Notes: a model not told the origin generated them from the letters alone. DNA of 64,000 bases from a candidate division FCPU426 bacterium (GCA_963840035.1 CAWIXE010000001.1:672001-736000), one strand, 5' to 3'; positions 50,332 to 59,502 are shown, counted from the first letter of the stretch. Numbers and translations are program-made.

Positions 50332-50685
50332 ATGGCATTTGAGATCAGGGAAAATGAAGACGGTGAAATAATCATAGTGGCGCTTTTCGGCGAGCTGGAT
50401 TCCTCGTCGGTTGCGGCTTTTAGCCTGGGGTTTAAGGATATTATTGGCAAGCGAGGCCCTAAGAAATATGTCCTGGATTTAAAAGGGCTTGAATTCATAA
50501 GCTCCGCCGGCTGGACCGCGTTTTTGAACGAATTCAAGCAGCTCCGGGCGTCAGGCGGGGATTTGAAGCTTGCCGCCATGCAGCAGGACGCGAAAAGAGT
50601 CTATTCGCTTGTGGGCATAGACGGGGTGATAGAAAGTCACGAAACCGTGAAAGAGGCTGTGAAGAGTTATGCCGGGAAAAACTGA
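50332..50685 (+). CDS. STAS anti-sigma-factor antagonist (RsbV-like)
   Basis: GELD, DLKGLEFISSAG with phosphorylatable Ser. Confidence 0.9.
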   Translation: MAFEIRENEDGEIIIVALFGELDSSSVAAFSLGFKDIIGKRGPKKYVLDLKGLEFISSAGWTAFLNEFKQLRASGGDLKLAAMQQDAKRVYSLVGIDGVIESHETVKEAVKSYAGKN

Positions 50686-51115
50686 AATAATAAGCGCGGA
50701 AATCAAAGTGGACGCGGCAGAGGGCAATCTCAGCCTGATAAGGAAATTCATCGGCGGCAACATGAAAAGCACGGGCTTCCCGGGGAAAAAAATATCGGCG
50801 CTGGCAGTGTCGGTAACAGAGCACTGCGAAAACCTGATTAAGCACGCTTACGCCAAAAAAACCGGTAAAGTCGCGCTGAAGCTGGCGCTTAAATACCCGG
50901 AGGCAAAAATAACGGCATGGGATTCCGGGCCGCGGTTTAACATGAAGGAACAAAAGATACCTGATACCTCCCGGAGAATAAAAAAAGGCCTCGGCGGGAA
51001 AATGGGGATTAAGACAATACTGGCATTATGCGACGCGGTCGAATACAAAAGAATAAACGGCCGCAATGAAAATACTTTCATAGTCCGGGCGAAAAGCCTA
51101 AGAAAAGGAAAATAA
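50669..51115 (+). CDS. Anti-sigma regulatory Ser kinase (RsbW-like HATPase)
   Basis: E.CENLIKHAY, DSGPRFN, GGKMG, D.VEY. Confidence 0.85.
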   Translation: MPGKTEIISAEIKVDAAEGNLSLIRKFIGGNMKSTGFPGKKISALAVSVTEHCENLIKHAYAKKTGKVALKLALKYPEAKITAWDSGPRFNMKEQKIPDTSRRIKKGLGGKMGIKTILALCDAVEYKRINGRNENTFIVRAKSLRKGK

Positions 51116-51118
51116 TAA

Positions 51119-52135
51119 ATGGCAACGATAAAGGACGTGGCAAAGATAGCGGGGGTCTCCTATAATACCGTTTCTTTTGTGGTCAACGGAGTGGATAAGG
51201 TCGCGCCCGCGACAAGGGAAAAGGTCCTGAAGGCAATAGAAAAACTGCATTACAAGCCAAACAAGACCGCGAGGGCCTTAGTAGGCGGTAAAGCGGACTC
51301 CATAGCCTTCATAAGCACCAGGTTCACCTCTGTATTCGGCATGAACATATTAAGGGAAATCGAAGACGGCGTTCACTTAGCCGGGCTTTCATCCAACTAT
51401 GACCTCATACCGTACTCAACAAGGGGCGAAGAGGAATTCAAGGAACAGATAATAGACTCCATAATACGCAACAGAAAAGCGGACGCCATAATCATGCTGG
51501 GCATAAAACCCGGCCCGGAAAACATGTCGGAACTCAAAAAGAACGGCATACCGGTGGTCGTCATAGACGGAACAATATCCGGCGGACACAGCGTAAAGTG
51601 CGACAATGAAAAAGGCGCTTACCTTGCGACAGATTACCTTATAAAATCCGGCAGGAAAAAAATTGCGTACTTAGGCATGTCCAAAACAGGCGGAGAAACA
51701 TGGCCGTCGATAATAGAAAGGGAGCAGGGCTATAAAAAAGCGCTCACTGAAAAAAACATCGGCATAAATGACCGCCTGATTGTCACAGTAAACAACAACT
51801 ACATAAACGAAGGCAGGGCCGTCATGCATACGCTGCTGAAGGCAAACAAGGACATAGACGCAGTCTTCTGCGGAGCCGGCGACAGCACGGCCATCGGAGT
51901 TGTGAACGCAATAAAGGAAGCGGGACTTAGCGTCCCAAAAGACATAGCCGTAATAGGCTACGACGACATCCCGGTAGCGTCAGCCATAACGCCGTCGCTG
52001 ACTACAGTAAGGCAACCCGTGGAAAAAATGGGCAATGAAGCTTTTTTAATGGCGCTTGAAGCCATGCAGGGAAGGCTGAAAGAGCCAAAGAACCTGGTAT
52101 TTGAGCCGGAGTTGATTGTAAGGGAATCGGCGTAA
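51119..52135 (+). CDS. LacI-family transcriptional regulator
   Basis: TIKDVAKIAGVS..TVS, YKPN..AR.L, IAVIGYDD, PSLTTVRQP. Confidence 0.95.
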   Translation: MATIKDVAKIAGVSYNTVSFVVNGVDKVAPATREKVLKAIEKLHYKPNKTARALVGGKADSIAFISTRFTSVFGMNILREIEDGVHLAGLSSNYDLIPYSTRGEEEFKEQIIDSIIRNRKADAIIMLGIKPGPENMSELKKNGIPVVVIDGTISGGHSVKCDNEKGAYLATDYLIKSGRKKIAYLGMSKTGGETWPSIIEREQGYKKALTEKNIGINDRLIVTVNNNYINEGRAVMHTLLKANKDIDAVFCGAGDSTAIGVVNAIKEAGLSVPKDIAVIGYDDIPVASAITPSLTTVRQPVEKMGNEAFLMALEAMQGRLKEPKNLVFEPELIVRESA

Positions 52136-52219
52136 GTGGGGAAAGGGAATTCGACAAGACAATCTTACATCGGCAATGAAATAAGGTAATTAACCCGGGG
52201 TCTGATTTGGTTTTGTTTA

Positions 52220-52250
52220 TTGACAAACAGTATACAAGATGTATACTTTA
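52220..52250 (+). promoter_or_regulatory. Promoter overlapped by operator AGTATACA-aga-TGTATACT (copy 2)
   Basis: TTGACA-N16-TATACT; palindrome 52229-52247. Confidence 0.7.
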
Positions 52251-52307
52251 TTTGATTCTTATGAGGGAATCAAATAACCCGTGCAAGGCGGGACAATAGG
52301 GGAAAAT

Positions 52308-53126
52308 ATGGATAGTCTACCGGTTGTTTTTGAGAATTTTGAGATACGCAGGGTTTATGATGAAAAGAAAGAGGTTTGGTTTTTTTCTGTAGTTGATATT
52401 GTGGGGGCGCTTATACAGCAGAAGGATTTTCAGGCGGCGAGGAAGTATTGGAATAAGCTTAAGGAAAGACTGGTAAAGGAAGGAAATCAGTCGGTGACAA
52501 ATTGTCACCAACTGAAAATGGAAGCGGCAGACGGAAAAAAGTACCTTACAGATGTGGCGGATCCGGAGGTCCTGCTTCGCCTCATCCAGTCCGTCCCGAG
52601 CCCCAAGGCTGAGCCAATAAAACTATGGCTTGCCAAGGTCGGTTACGAAAGGATGCAGGAACTGGCTGACCCGGAGCGTTCCTTAAACCGCGCCAGGGAA
52701 AACTGGCAAAGGCACGGCAGAAGTGAAAAGTGGATACAGCAGAGGATGATGAGCCAGGAAACCAGGAACAAACTCACCGACTACTGGAAAGACAACGAAA
52801 TAACACAAAAAGAAGAATACGCCATACTGACAAACATAATACACAAAGAATGGTCCGGACTGGATGTAAAAACCCATAAAATCCTGAAAGGCCTAAAAAG
52901 CCAAAACCTGCGGGACCATATGAGCGAGGCGGAGCTCATTTTTACTGCGTTAGCCGAACTCTCCACAAGGCAGATAGCACAGGCAGAGAAAGCAAAGGGC
53001 TTAAAGCATAACAGCCGCACCGGAAAAAAAGGCGGGAAGATAGCGGGTAAGGCAAGAAAAGAGCTGGAGAAAAAAACCGGCAGAAGTATTATAACGGGAG
53101 ACAACTTTCTTCCTCCAAAGAAGTAA
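52308..53126 (+). CDS. Bro-N domain (phage antirepressor-like) protein
   Basis: FENFEIRRV..WFFSVVDIV, RKYWNKLKERL, DGK..LTDVAD, LIQSVPSPKAEP.KLWLA, KSQNLRDHM. Confidence 0.88.
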   Translation: MDSLPVVFENFEIRRVYDEKKEVWFFSVVDIVGALIQQKDFQAARKYWNKLKERLVKEGNQSVTNCHQLKMEAADGKKYLTDVADPEVLLRLIQSVPSPKAEPIKLWLAKVGYERMQELADPERSLNRARENWQRHGRSEKWIQQRMMSQETRNKLTDYWKDNEITQKEEYAILTNIIHKEWSGLDVKTHKILKGLKSQNLRDHMSEAELIFTALAELSTRQIAQAEKAKGLKHNSRTGKKGGKIAGKARKELEKKTGRSIITGDNFLPPKK

Positions 53127-53135
53127 GATAAAGGT

Positions 53136-53400
53136 TTGGTACTGGTACGCTATTGCGTGAAGAAAAATGCGGGGCTTGTTATACACCGTGAAATCGGCAA
53201 CAGCATGGAATGGTCGTTAAATGAGGACGGCTACGCTTATAAAACGCTTGGGCCATTGTATGAGACTCTTTTTAGGGCTCCGGCGCCGCTTGAGAAGATA
53301 AAGGAAGTCATCAAAGAGAACCTGCCAAAAAACATGGTCCTGGAGGCGAAGTTATTCGGTTCCATGGCTAGGGGCGATTACGGCGGAAGCAGTAACGTCT
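53136..53400 (+). pseudogene. Fragment of a nucleotidyltransferase-domain gene, ending near a REP
   Basis: LFGSMARGD motif without an intact start or C-terminus; REP at 53425-53448. Confidence 0.55.
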
Positions 53401-53562
53401 GTGGCGGTCTTAATGGCTGGGGCTGGGCGATTCGTGAATCGCCCCTACAAATGAATGAATCATGGACATAAATACTGTTTTCTGAGACGTTAATTCATTA
53501 AAATATAACACCTTTATTTTAAGGGCTTTTATGGAATTAAGCCTTATTTTATAAAAATATCC

Positions 53563-53673
53563 TTGACAATCAGACTTAAATCGGGTAAATTTGTATTGAA
53601 GATATGAACGTTCATATAAATCAATTTACTTAGGAAAAGTATATTTAAAGCGCAAGAATATGAACGTTCATAT
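53563..53673 (+). promoter_or_regulatory. Promoter with two perfect LacI-type operators ATATGAACGTTCATAT
   Basis: TTGACA-N17-TAAATT (53563-53591); 16-bp palindromes at 53602-53617 and 53658-53673. Confidence 0.8.
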
Positions 53674-53742
53674 GATGATAAAGAAAATAACGGAGGATAA
53701 AAAATAAAAATGAAAATAAAAATTTCAAAGGGGAGTGGGAAA

Positions 53743-56241
53743 ATGAAAAAAATCTTTTTGTTCCTGATCGTGCTTTTGTCTTTTGTTGTTCCTGTCTTAA
53801 ACGCGGCGACCTGTACGGTTGACGCGAATGCCACGTACCAGTACATACGCGGCATAGGAGCTTCCAGCGCCTGGTATGGTTTGGCCGGCGCGAGCGCTGC
53901 ATCGCTTTTTGCGGATGACAACGTCAACGGCCACATCGGAATGTCCATGTTGAGGGCCAGGATAGATCCAAACGGAAGCCACGCAGCTGAAGTCAATAAC
54001 CTGGTCGCTGCCAAGGCCGCCAATCCCAACCTTCTTTTATGGGCCACAGAGTGGTCGCCGCCAGCGCAGTACAAGGCTAATAATAATGTAAACGGGCCGG
54101 CAACCAACAATACCTTCCTTGGCGCCTCATCCGGCGCGCCTAACAGCGCGGATACGGGTTATGCCAATTACCTGGTCTCATATATACAGTACGCGAAAAG
54201 CCGCGGCATAGACCTTTACGCCATTTCAGTCCAGAACGAACCAAACTGGAACCCGGACTATGAAGCCTGCCTTTGGACAGCGGGGCAGTTTGAAGTTTTT
54301 GCGCGCGCGTTTAAAAGCGCGCTCACAACCGCCGGGCTTACGACCAAGATCATGATACCTGAGCCGATTAATCCGGGGGGATTAAACCTGGCTTCCGCAT
54401 CCATGAACAACGCGACAACAGCCTCCTATATTAATATAATCGGAACGCACCTTTATGGCGGGATGCCCAACGCCCTTAATACTTACGGCTTCACACAGCT
54501 GACAAACCAGGAATTCTGGGAGACAGAGATATCAGCCAATACGACCGATATAGCGGGCGCATTGCAGCAGGCGGGCTGGGTACAGACGTGCCTGGTGAAC
54601 GCAAGCATGAACGCTTTCCACTACTGGTGGATACAGGATATGGCCACCAACGGCAACCTGAACATAAAGGCTTTTGCCCTGGGCAATTACAGCAAGTTCA
54701 TAAGGCCGGGATATTACCGCATGGGAGCGACAGCCGCCCCGACATCCGGCGTGCAGGTCAGCGCATTTAAGAACACCAATAATTCCACGCCGTCAAAGAT
54801 TGTCTTTGTGGCGATTAACAACAACTCTTCGGCAACCAGCCAGACATTCAGCTTAAACGGCCTCAACGTAACATCGGTTACGCCGTGGCGTACAGACGCC
54901 AGCACAAACCTGGTGGCACAGGCCGCGGTAAGCGTTTCAGGAAACAGTTTTACTTACAGCCTTCCGGCAAGAAGCATAGTTTCCTTTGTGGGAACAAACG
55001 GCACCACCGGGCCTACAGCCACAAACACGGCAATAGTCCCTACATCAACATCCACACCGTGTGCGGCAACAGCTATCGTGCCTTATCTTCAGGCTGACGC
55101 AGGCGCATGGCAGCAGGTTGCCAGCGTTACTGTAGCTTCCACCACCTCCGCTGTTAACCTCGGGCCTCAGCCGGCAACCGGCGGTTCCTGGAGCTGGACC
55201 GGGCCTAACGGTTTCACATCAACTTCGCGTGAACTTCTCGGTATTGCGTTAAGCGCCGGGAATAACGTATTCACGGCAACATATACGAACGCGTGCGGGG
55301 CCAAGTCCACGCAGGCTTTCACTATTATAGTATCAGGTTCGGCCACATCAACGGCCACGGCTGTTGTGACGCCGGTAAACACGCCGATAACGAACTTACT
55401 TGGCGGCAATCCGCTCATGTACCAGAAATACACCGCTGACCCGACAGCCTGCTGGTTCAACGGCAGGATGTATATTTACACTTCGCATGATAAAACAGGC
55501 GCGACAGGTTACGATATATCCGATGTAACCGTCATGTCATCAGATGACCTTGTTAACTGGACCGACGAAGGCGAAGCGGTCAAGGCGTCAGACACATCAT
55601 GGGCGGGGCTGACTTACGCGCCGACGAGCGTTTACAGAAACGGATATTACTATGTATATTTCGGCAACGGCGGAGGCAGCATAGGCGTGGTCAGGGGCAC
55701 GAGCCCGACAGGCCCGTTCACAGACCCTGTAGGACACGCGATTGTAACCGGCTCCACGCCGGGCTGCAGCGGCATGACATACGTATTTGACCCCGCTGTA
55801 TTTGTTGACGACGACGGACAGGCTTACATGTATTTCGGAGGAGGCGGGCCGGGCAACGCAAGGGTTATAAAGCTCAACGCCGACATGATAAGCGTCAATG
55901 GTTCTGCCGTGACGATAGACGCCCCAAGGTATTTTGAGGCTCCATTCATGAATAAGAGAAACGGGATATATTATTACTCGTACTCGACTGATTTCTCGGC
56001 GTCACCGGCTGCGACAATTGACTACATGACTAGCAGCAACCCGATGACAGGCTTTGCATACAAAGGAACCATACTCGGGAATCCATCGGATAACTGCGGC
56101 AACAACAACCATGCTTCGATTGTGAACATAGGGACCGACTGGTACATAGCTTACCATACCAGGAGGCTTCTCAAACATAAACCTCGGCAACTGCAACGGC
56201 ATATACCAGAGGAGCGTGGCTTTAGACAGGCTCTACTTTAA
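53743..56241 (+). CDS. GH30 xylanase-like + Ig-like + GH43 (N-terminal part of a frameshifted gene)
   Basis: Signal peptide; WSPP, SVQNEP, FWETE, NYSKFIRPG (GH30); YTADP, YAP, FDPAVFVDDDG, YFEAP, NNHASIV (GH43). Confidence 0.85.
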   Translation: MKKIFLFLIVLLSFVVPVLNAATCTVDANATYQYIRGIGASSAWYGLAGASAASLFADDNVNGHIGMSMLRARIDPNGSHAAEVNNLVAAKAANPNLLLWATEWSPPAQYKANNNVNGPATNNTFLGASSGAPNSADTGYANYLVSYIQYAKSRGIDLYAISVQNEPNWNPDYEACLWTAGQFEVFARAFKSALTTAGLTTKIMIPEPINPGGLNLASASMNNATTASYINIIGTHLYGGMPNALNTYGFTQLTNQEFWETEISANTTDIAGALQQAGWVQTCLVNASMNAFHYWWIQDMATNGNLNIKAFALGNYSKFIRPGYYRMGATAAPTSGVQVSAFKNTNNSTPSKIVFVAINNNSSATSQTFSLNGLNVTSVTPWRTDASTNLVAQAAVSVSGNSFTYSLPARSIVSFVGTNGTTGPTATNTAIVPTSTSTPCAATAIVPYLQADAGAWQQVASVTVASTTSAVNLGPQPATGGSWSWTGPNGFTSTSRELLGIALSAGNNVFTATYTNACGAKSTQAFTIIVSGSATSTATAVVTPVNTPITNLLGGNPLMYQKYTADPTACWFNGRMYIYTSHDKTGATGYDISDVTVMSSDDLVNWTDEGEAVKASDTSWAGLTYAPTSVYRNGYYYVYFGNGGGSIGVVRGTSPTGPFTDPVGHAIVTGSTPGCSGMTYVFDPAVFVDDDGQAYMYFGGGGPGNARVIKLNADMISVNGSAVTIDAPRYFEAPFMNKRNGIYYYSYSTDFSASPAATIDYMTSSNPMTGFAYKGTILGNPSDNCGNNNHASIVNIGTDWYIAYHTRRLLKHKPRQLQRHIPEERGFRQALL

Positions 56242-59200
56242 CGCTGACGGCACCATACAGAAAGTGGTAACGACAACAACAGGCGTAAACGCGCTGAAAA
56301 CCGTGAACCCGTATACCACATTAAAAGCGGTTATGATGGCAAAAGAATCAGGGATAACCACTGAAATATGCACAGAAGGCGGGCTGAATGTAGCGAACAT
56401 TGAGAATAATGACTCGATACAGGTCAAGAACCTCGAGTTCGGCACCGGCGCTACAGGATTTAACGCACGCGTGGCGAGCGCGACCAGCGGCGGAAACATA
56501 GTGATACACCTTGACAGCGCGACAGGGCCGGTCATCGGCACGTGCGCTGTGACAGGCACCGGCGGATGGCAGACATGGCAGACCAAGTCGTGCGCGATAT
56601 CCGGCGCGACAGGAAGACACGATGTATACTTTGTGTTTACCGGCGGGTCAGGATTCCTGTTCAATTTCGCGTCCTACAGCTTTACACAGGGAAGCGTAAC
56701 AGCGACACCTGTAGTAACAAATACAAACACACCGGTTCCTCCTACAGCGACTCCGACAACACCGGTGGCCACAAGCACGCCGGTTGTACCTACAGCTACT
56801 CCGACAACACCGGTTATCACGGGCGGATTAAGGGACTTAGCCGCAGCCAAAGGGCTGCTGCTCGGCTCAGAGGCTACGAACAGCCCGCTGCAGAATGAAG
56901 CCATATACAGGACCACGCTTGCCAAGGAATTCAACTGGATGGGCGGGGAGAATGAGTTCAAGGCTTATCTTTGGAACGGGCCTTACTCCTATAATTTTGG
57001 GACCACTGATTATTACAAGAATTTCAGGGATGCTAATAATATGCAGATGAGGGGACATGTCCTGGTTTATAACGCGGTTGTGCCAAGCTGGATGAGCAGC
57101 GGCAGCTATACAAACACCCAGATTGGCGACATGCTCAAGGCATACGTGCTGGCCATGGCCGGCAGGTACAGCGGCAAGATGAATGAATGGGATGTTGTAA
57201 ACGAGGCAGTCTCAGACGGCGCGCCGTATGGGTATAAGTCCAACGACTTCTGGTACCAGAAGCTTGGCGATTACATCCCGCAGGCGTTCCAGTGGGCAAG
57301 GCAGGCAGACCCGAACGCGAAGCTTGTCTACAATGATTACGGCAACGAAGGCTTAAACGCAAAGTCAAACTATATATACACCATGGTCAGCAATATGAAA
57401 AACCAGAACATTCCGATCGACGGTGTGGGATGGCAGTGCCACGTAAGCAGCAGCTGGCGCTTAAACGACGACATATGGGAAAACGCGCAGAGGCTCAGCG
57501 CGCTTGGCCTGCAGATATCGGTTACCGAACTCGATGTAGCCATACCGGTCCCTGTTGACGCGGCAAAACTGCAGTCGCAGGCAAAGGCGTATGCCGACAT
57601 GGCTTTCCTTTGCATGACGCATCCGAGCATAAAGAGGATGTTCCTGTGGGGATTCACGGACAAGTATTCGTGGATACCCGGCTTTACGAACGGGGCATCG
57701 GACGCGGCCCTGATATATGACGCGAATTACGCCAAAAAACCGGCGTATTACGCGATAGAGTCGGTCTTAAAGCTGCAGCCTGTGGACGGCATTTACAATG
57801 GCGGCTTTGAAAGCTCCATTTACTGCTGGAATGAAAGCTCGGGCGGCACCATAGCGGAAGAGACCAGCGTGGTACACAGCGGCACAAAATCAGCCAGGGT
57901 TGAGAACAGGACACAGGCATACCAGGGCATAGGCCAGTATGTGCTGCCTTATCTTCTGAAGAACGGACAGGGCAACTACAGCGCAGGCGTGTGGGCAAGG
58001 CTCGCCTCCGGCACTGACACGGCAAAGCTGACCCTCTATATAAAGGATGACGCGGGCAGCAAGTATATATCGCTCGGTTCAGCCGCGGTAAACAGCACAC
58101 AGTGGAGCCAGGTAAACGGTTCGGCAAATGTCACATGGACCGGGCTTTTAAGGGTCGCAAGGCTGTTTGTTGAAACATCCACCGGGACATCGAATTTCTA
58201 TGTGGACGACATGAGCTTTGCAACGCAGGGAGTTACAACACCTACAAACACGCCGGTAGTACCGACAGCGACACCTACAACACCGGTGCCGACAAACACG
58301 CCGGTAGTACCGACAGCGACACCTACAACACCTGTGCCGACAAACACGGCCATAGTTCCTACAGCAACACCTACAACACCGGTGCCGACAAATACGGCCA
58401 TAGTTCCGACAGAGACACCGACAACACCTGTACCGACAAACACGGCGATAGTTCCTACAGCTACGCCTATAACACCGGTACCTACAAACACGGCAATAGT
58501 GCCGACAGCGACACCGACAACGCCGGTACCCACAAACACGCCGATAACACCGACGGCAACACCGACAACGCCTGTGCCCACCAGCACACCGATAACACCG
58601 ACACCGACCACACCGGTAACAGCAAATATTTCAATACAGCTTAAAAGCGGAGACACCAACAGTTCTACAAGCAGCCCGCATCCGCAGATAAGGATAATAA
58701 ACACTGGCTCAACAGCGCTTAACATGAATACTGTTGAGGCCCGTTACTGGTTCAGCTATGACGGCGCAGGCCAGTCATTACAGGCTTTTGTTGACTGGGC
58801 CGGCAGGATGCCGCAGGGAGCCGGGGTCAGCGGAAATGTCCAGATTTCGGTCGTCGCTAAAACCCAGGGAACCCAGACACATTACATGAGCATCAAATTC
58901 ACCGGAGGGCTCATGCTGCAGCCTGGGGAATATGTTGAAGTCCAGACAAGGTTCAACAAAAATGACTGGTCATCCATGCTGCAGGCCAATGACTGGAGCT
59001 TCGCATCATACACAGGATTTACAACATGGAGCAGGATAACCGGGTATGTGAACGCGGCAAGAGTATGGGGAGAAGAACCTAACGCGGCAATATCAGGCCA
59101 GGCGGCGCAGGTTTCCAGCGCGATGAGCTATCCGAATCCGTCAACAGGCGGAACGACAAATCTTTCTTACACCATAGCGGGCACGGGCGCGTCATCGCTT

Positions 59201-59452
59201 GATATGAATTACACGATACCTGACCCTGACGCGAAAGTATCGCTGAGGATATATACGGTATCAGACAGGCTGGTGTGGGGAAAGGAAATCAGCGGAGTGC
59301 AGAATGTATCCGCGGGAAAGCATATTGTAAGCTGGGACGGAAAGACGTCCGGCGGCGTTGAACTTGCAGCCGGGACATACACGCTGAATGTAAGGGTAAT
59401 CTCAAACGGAAAGATAAGCAGCAAGGATTTTAAGATAATAATGCTGAAGTAA
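56216..59452 (+). CDS. GH43 tail + CBM6 + GH10 xylanase + CBM4/22-like + PT linker + CBM3-like + CTD (C-terminal part of the frameshifted gene)
   Basis: TGGWQTW..HDVYFVF (CBM6); ENEFK, RGHVLV, WDVVNE, YNDY, GVGWQCH, VTELD, WGFTDKYSW (GH10); YPNP..WDGK; no signal peptide. Confidence 0.85.
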   Translation: MALDRLYFNADGTIQKVVTTTTGVNALKTVNPYTTLKAVMMAKESGITTEICTEGGLNVANIENNDSIQVKNLEFGTGATGFNARVASATSGGNIVIHLDSATGPVIGTCAVTGTGGWQTWQTKSCAISGATGRHDVYFVFTGGSGFLFNFASYSFTQGSVTATPVVTNTNTPVPPTATPTTPVATSTPVVPTATPTTPVITGGLRDLAAAKGLLLGSEATNSPLQNEAIYRTTLAKEFNWMGGENEFKAYLWNGPYSYNFGTTDYYKNFRDANNMQMRGHVLVYNAVVPSWMSSGSYTNTQIGDMLKAYVLAMAGRYSGKMNEWDVVNEAVSDGAPYGYKSNDFWYQKLGDYIPQAFQWARQADPNAKLVYNDYGNEGLNAKSNYIYTMVSNMKNQNIPIDGVGWQCHVSSSWRLNDDIWENAQRLSALGLQISVTELDVAIPVPVDAAKLQSQAKAYADMAFLCMTHPSIKRMFLWGFTDKYSWIPGFTNGASDAALIYDANYAKKPAYYAIESVLKLQPVDGIYNGGFESSIYCWNESSGGTIAEETSVVHSGTKSARVENRTQAYQGIGQYVLPYLLKNGQGNYSAGVWARLASGTDTAKLTLYIKDDAGSKYISLGSAAVNSTQWSQVNGSANVTWTGLLRVARLFVETSTGTSNFYVDDMSFATQGVTTPTNTPVVPTATPTTPVPTNTPVVPTATPTTPVPTNTAIVPTATPTTPVPTNTAIVPTETPTTPVPTNTAIVPTATPITPVPTNTAIVPTATPTTPVPTNTPITPTATPTTPVPTSTPITPTPTTPVTANISIQLKSGDTNSSTSSPHPQIRIINTGSTALNMNTVEARYWFSYDGAGQSLQAFVDWAGRMPQGAGVSGNVQISVVAKTQGTQTHYMSIKFTGGLMLQPGEYVEVQTRFNKNDWSSMLQANDWSFASYTGFTTWSRITGYVNAARVWGEEPNAAISGQAAQVSSAMSYPNPSTGGTTNLSYTIAGTGASSLDMNYTIPDPDAKVSLRIYTVSDRLVWGKEISGVQNVSAGKHIVSWDGKTSGGVELAAGTYTLNVRVISNGKISSKDFKIIMLK

Positions 59453-59468
59453 AAAGCCGTTGAAGTGA

Positions 59469-59502
59469 AAAGCCCTCCTCCGGAAACGGGGAGGGCTTTT
59501 TC
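59469..59502 (+). terminator. Intrinsic terminator
   Basis: aaagccctcc..gggagggcttttt. Confidence 0.75.

Noticed and set aside
58230..58620. DNA repeat array
   Set aside because: Coding Pro/Thr linker (PTATPTTPVPTNT) with synonymous variation, typical of CAZymes.
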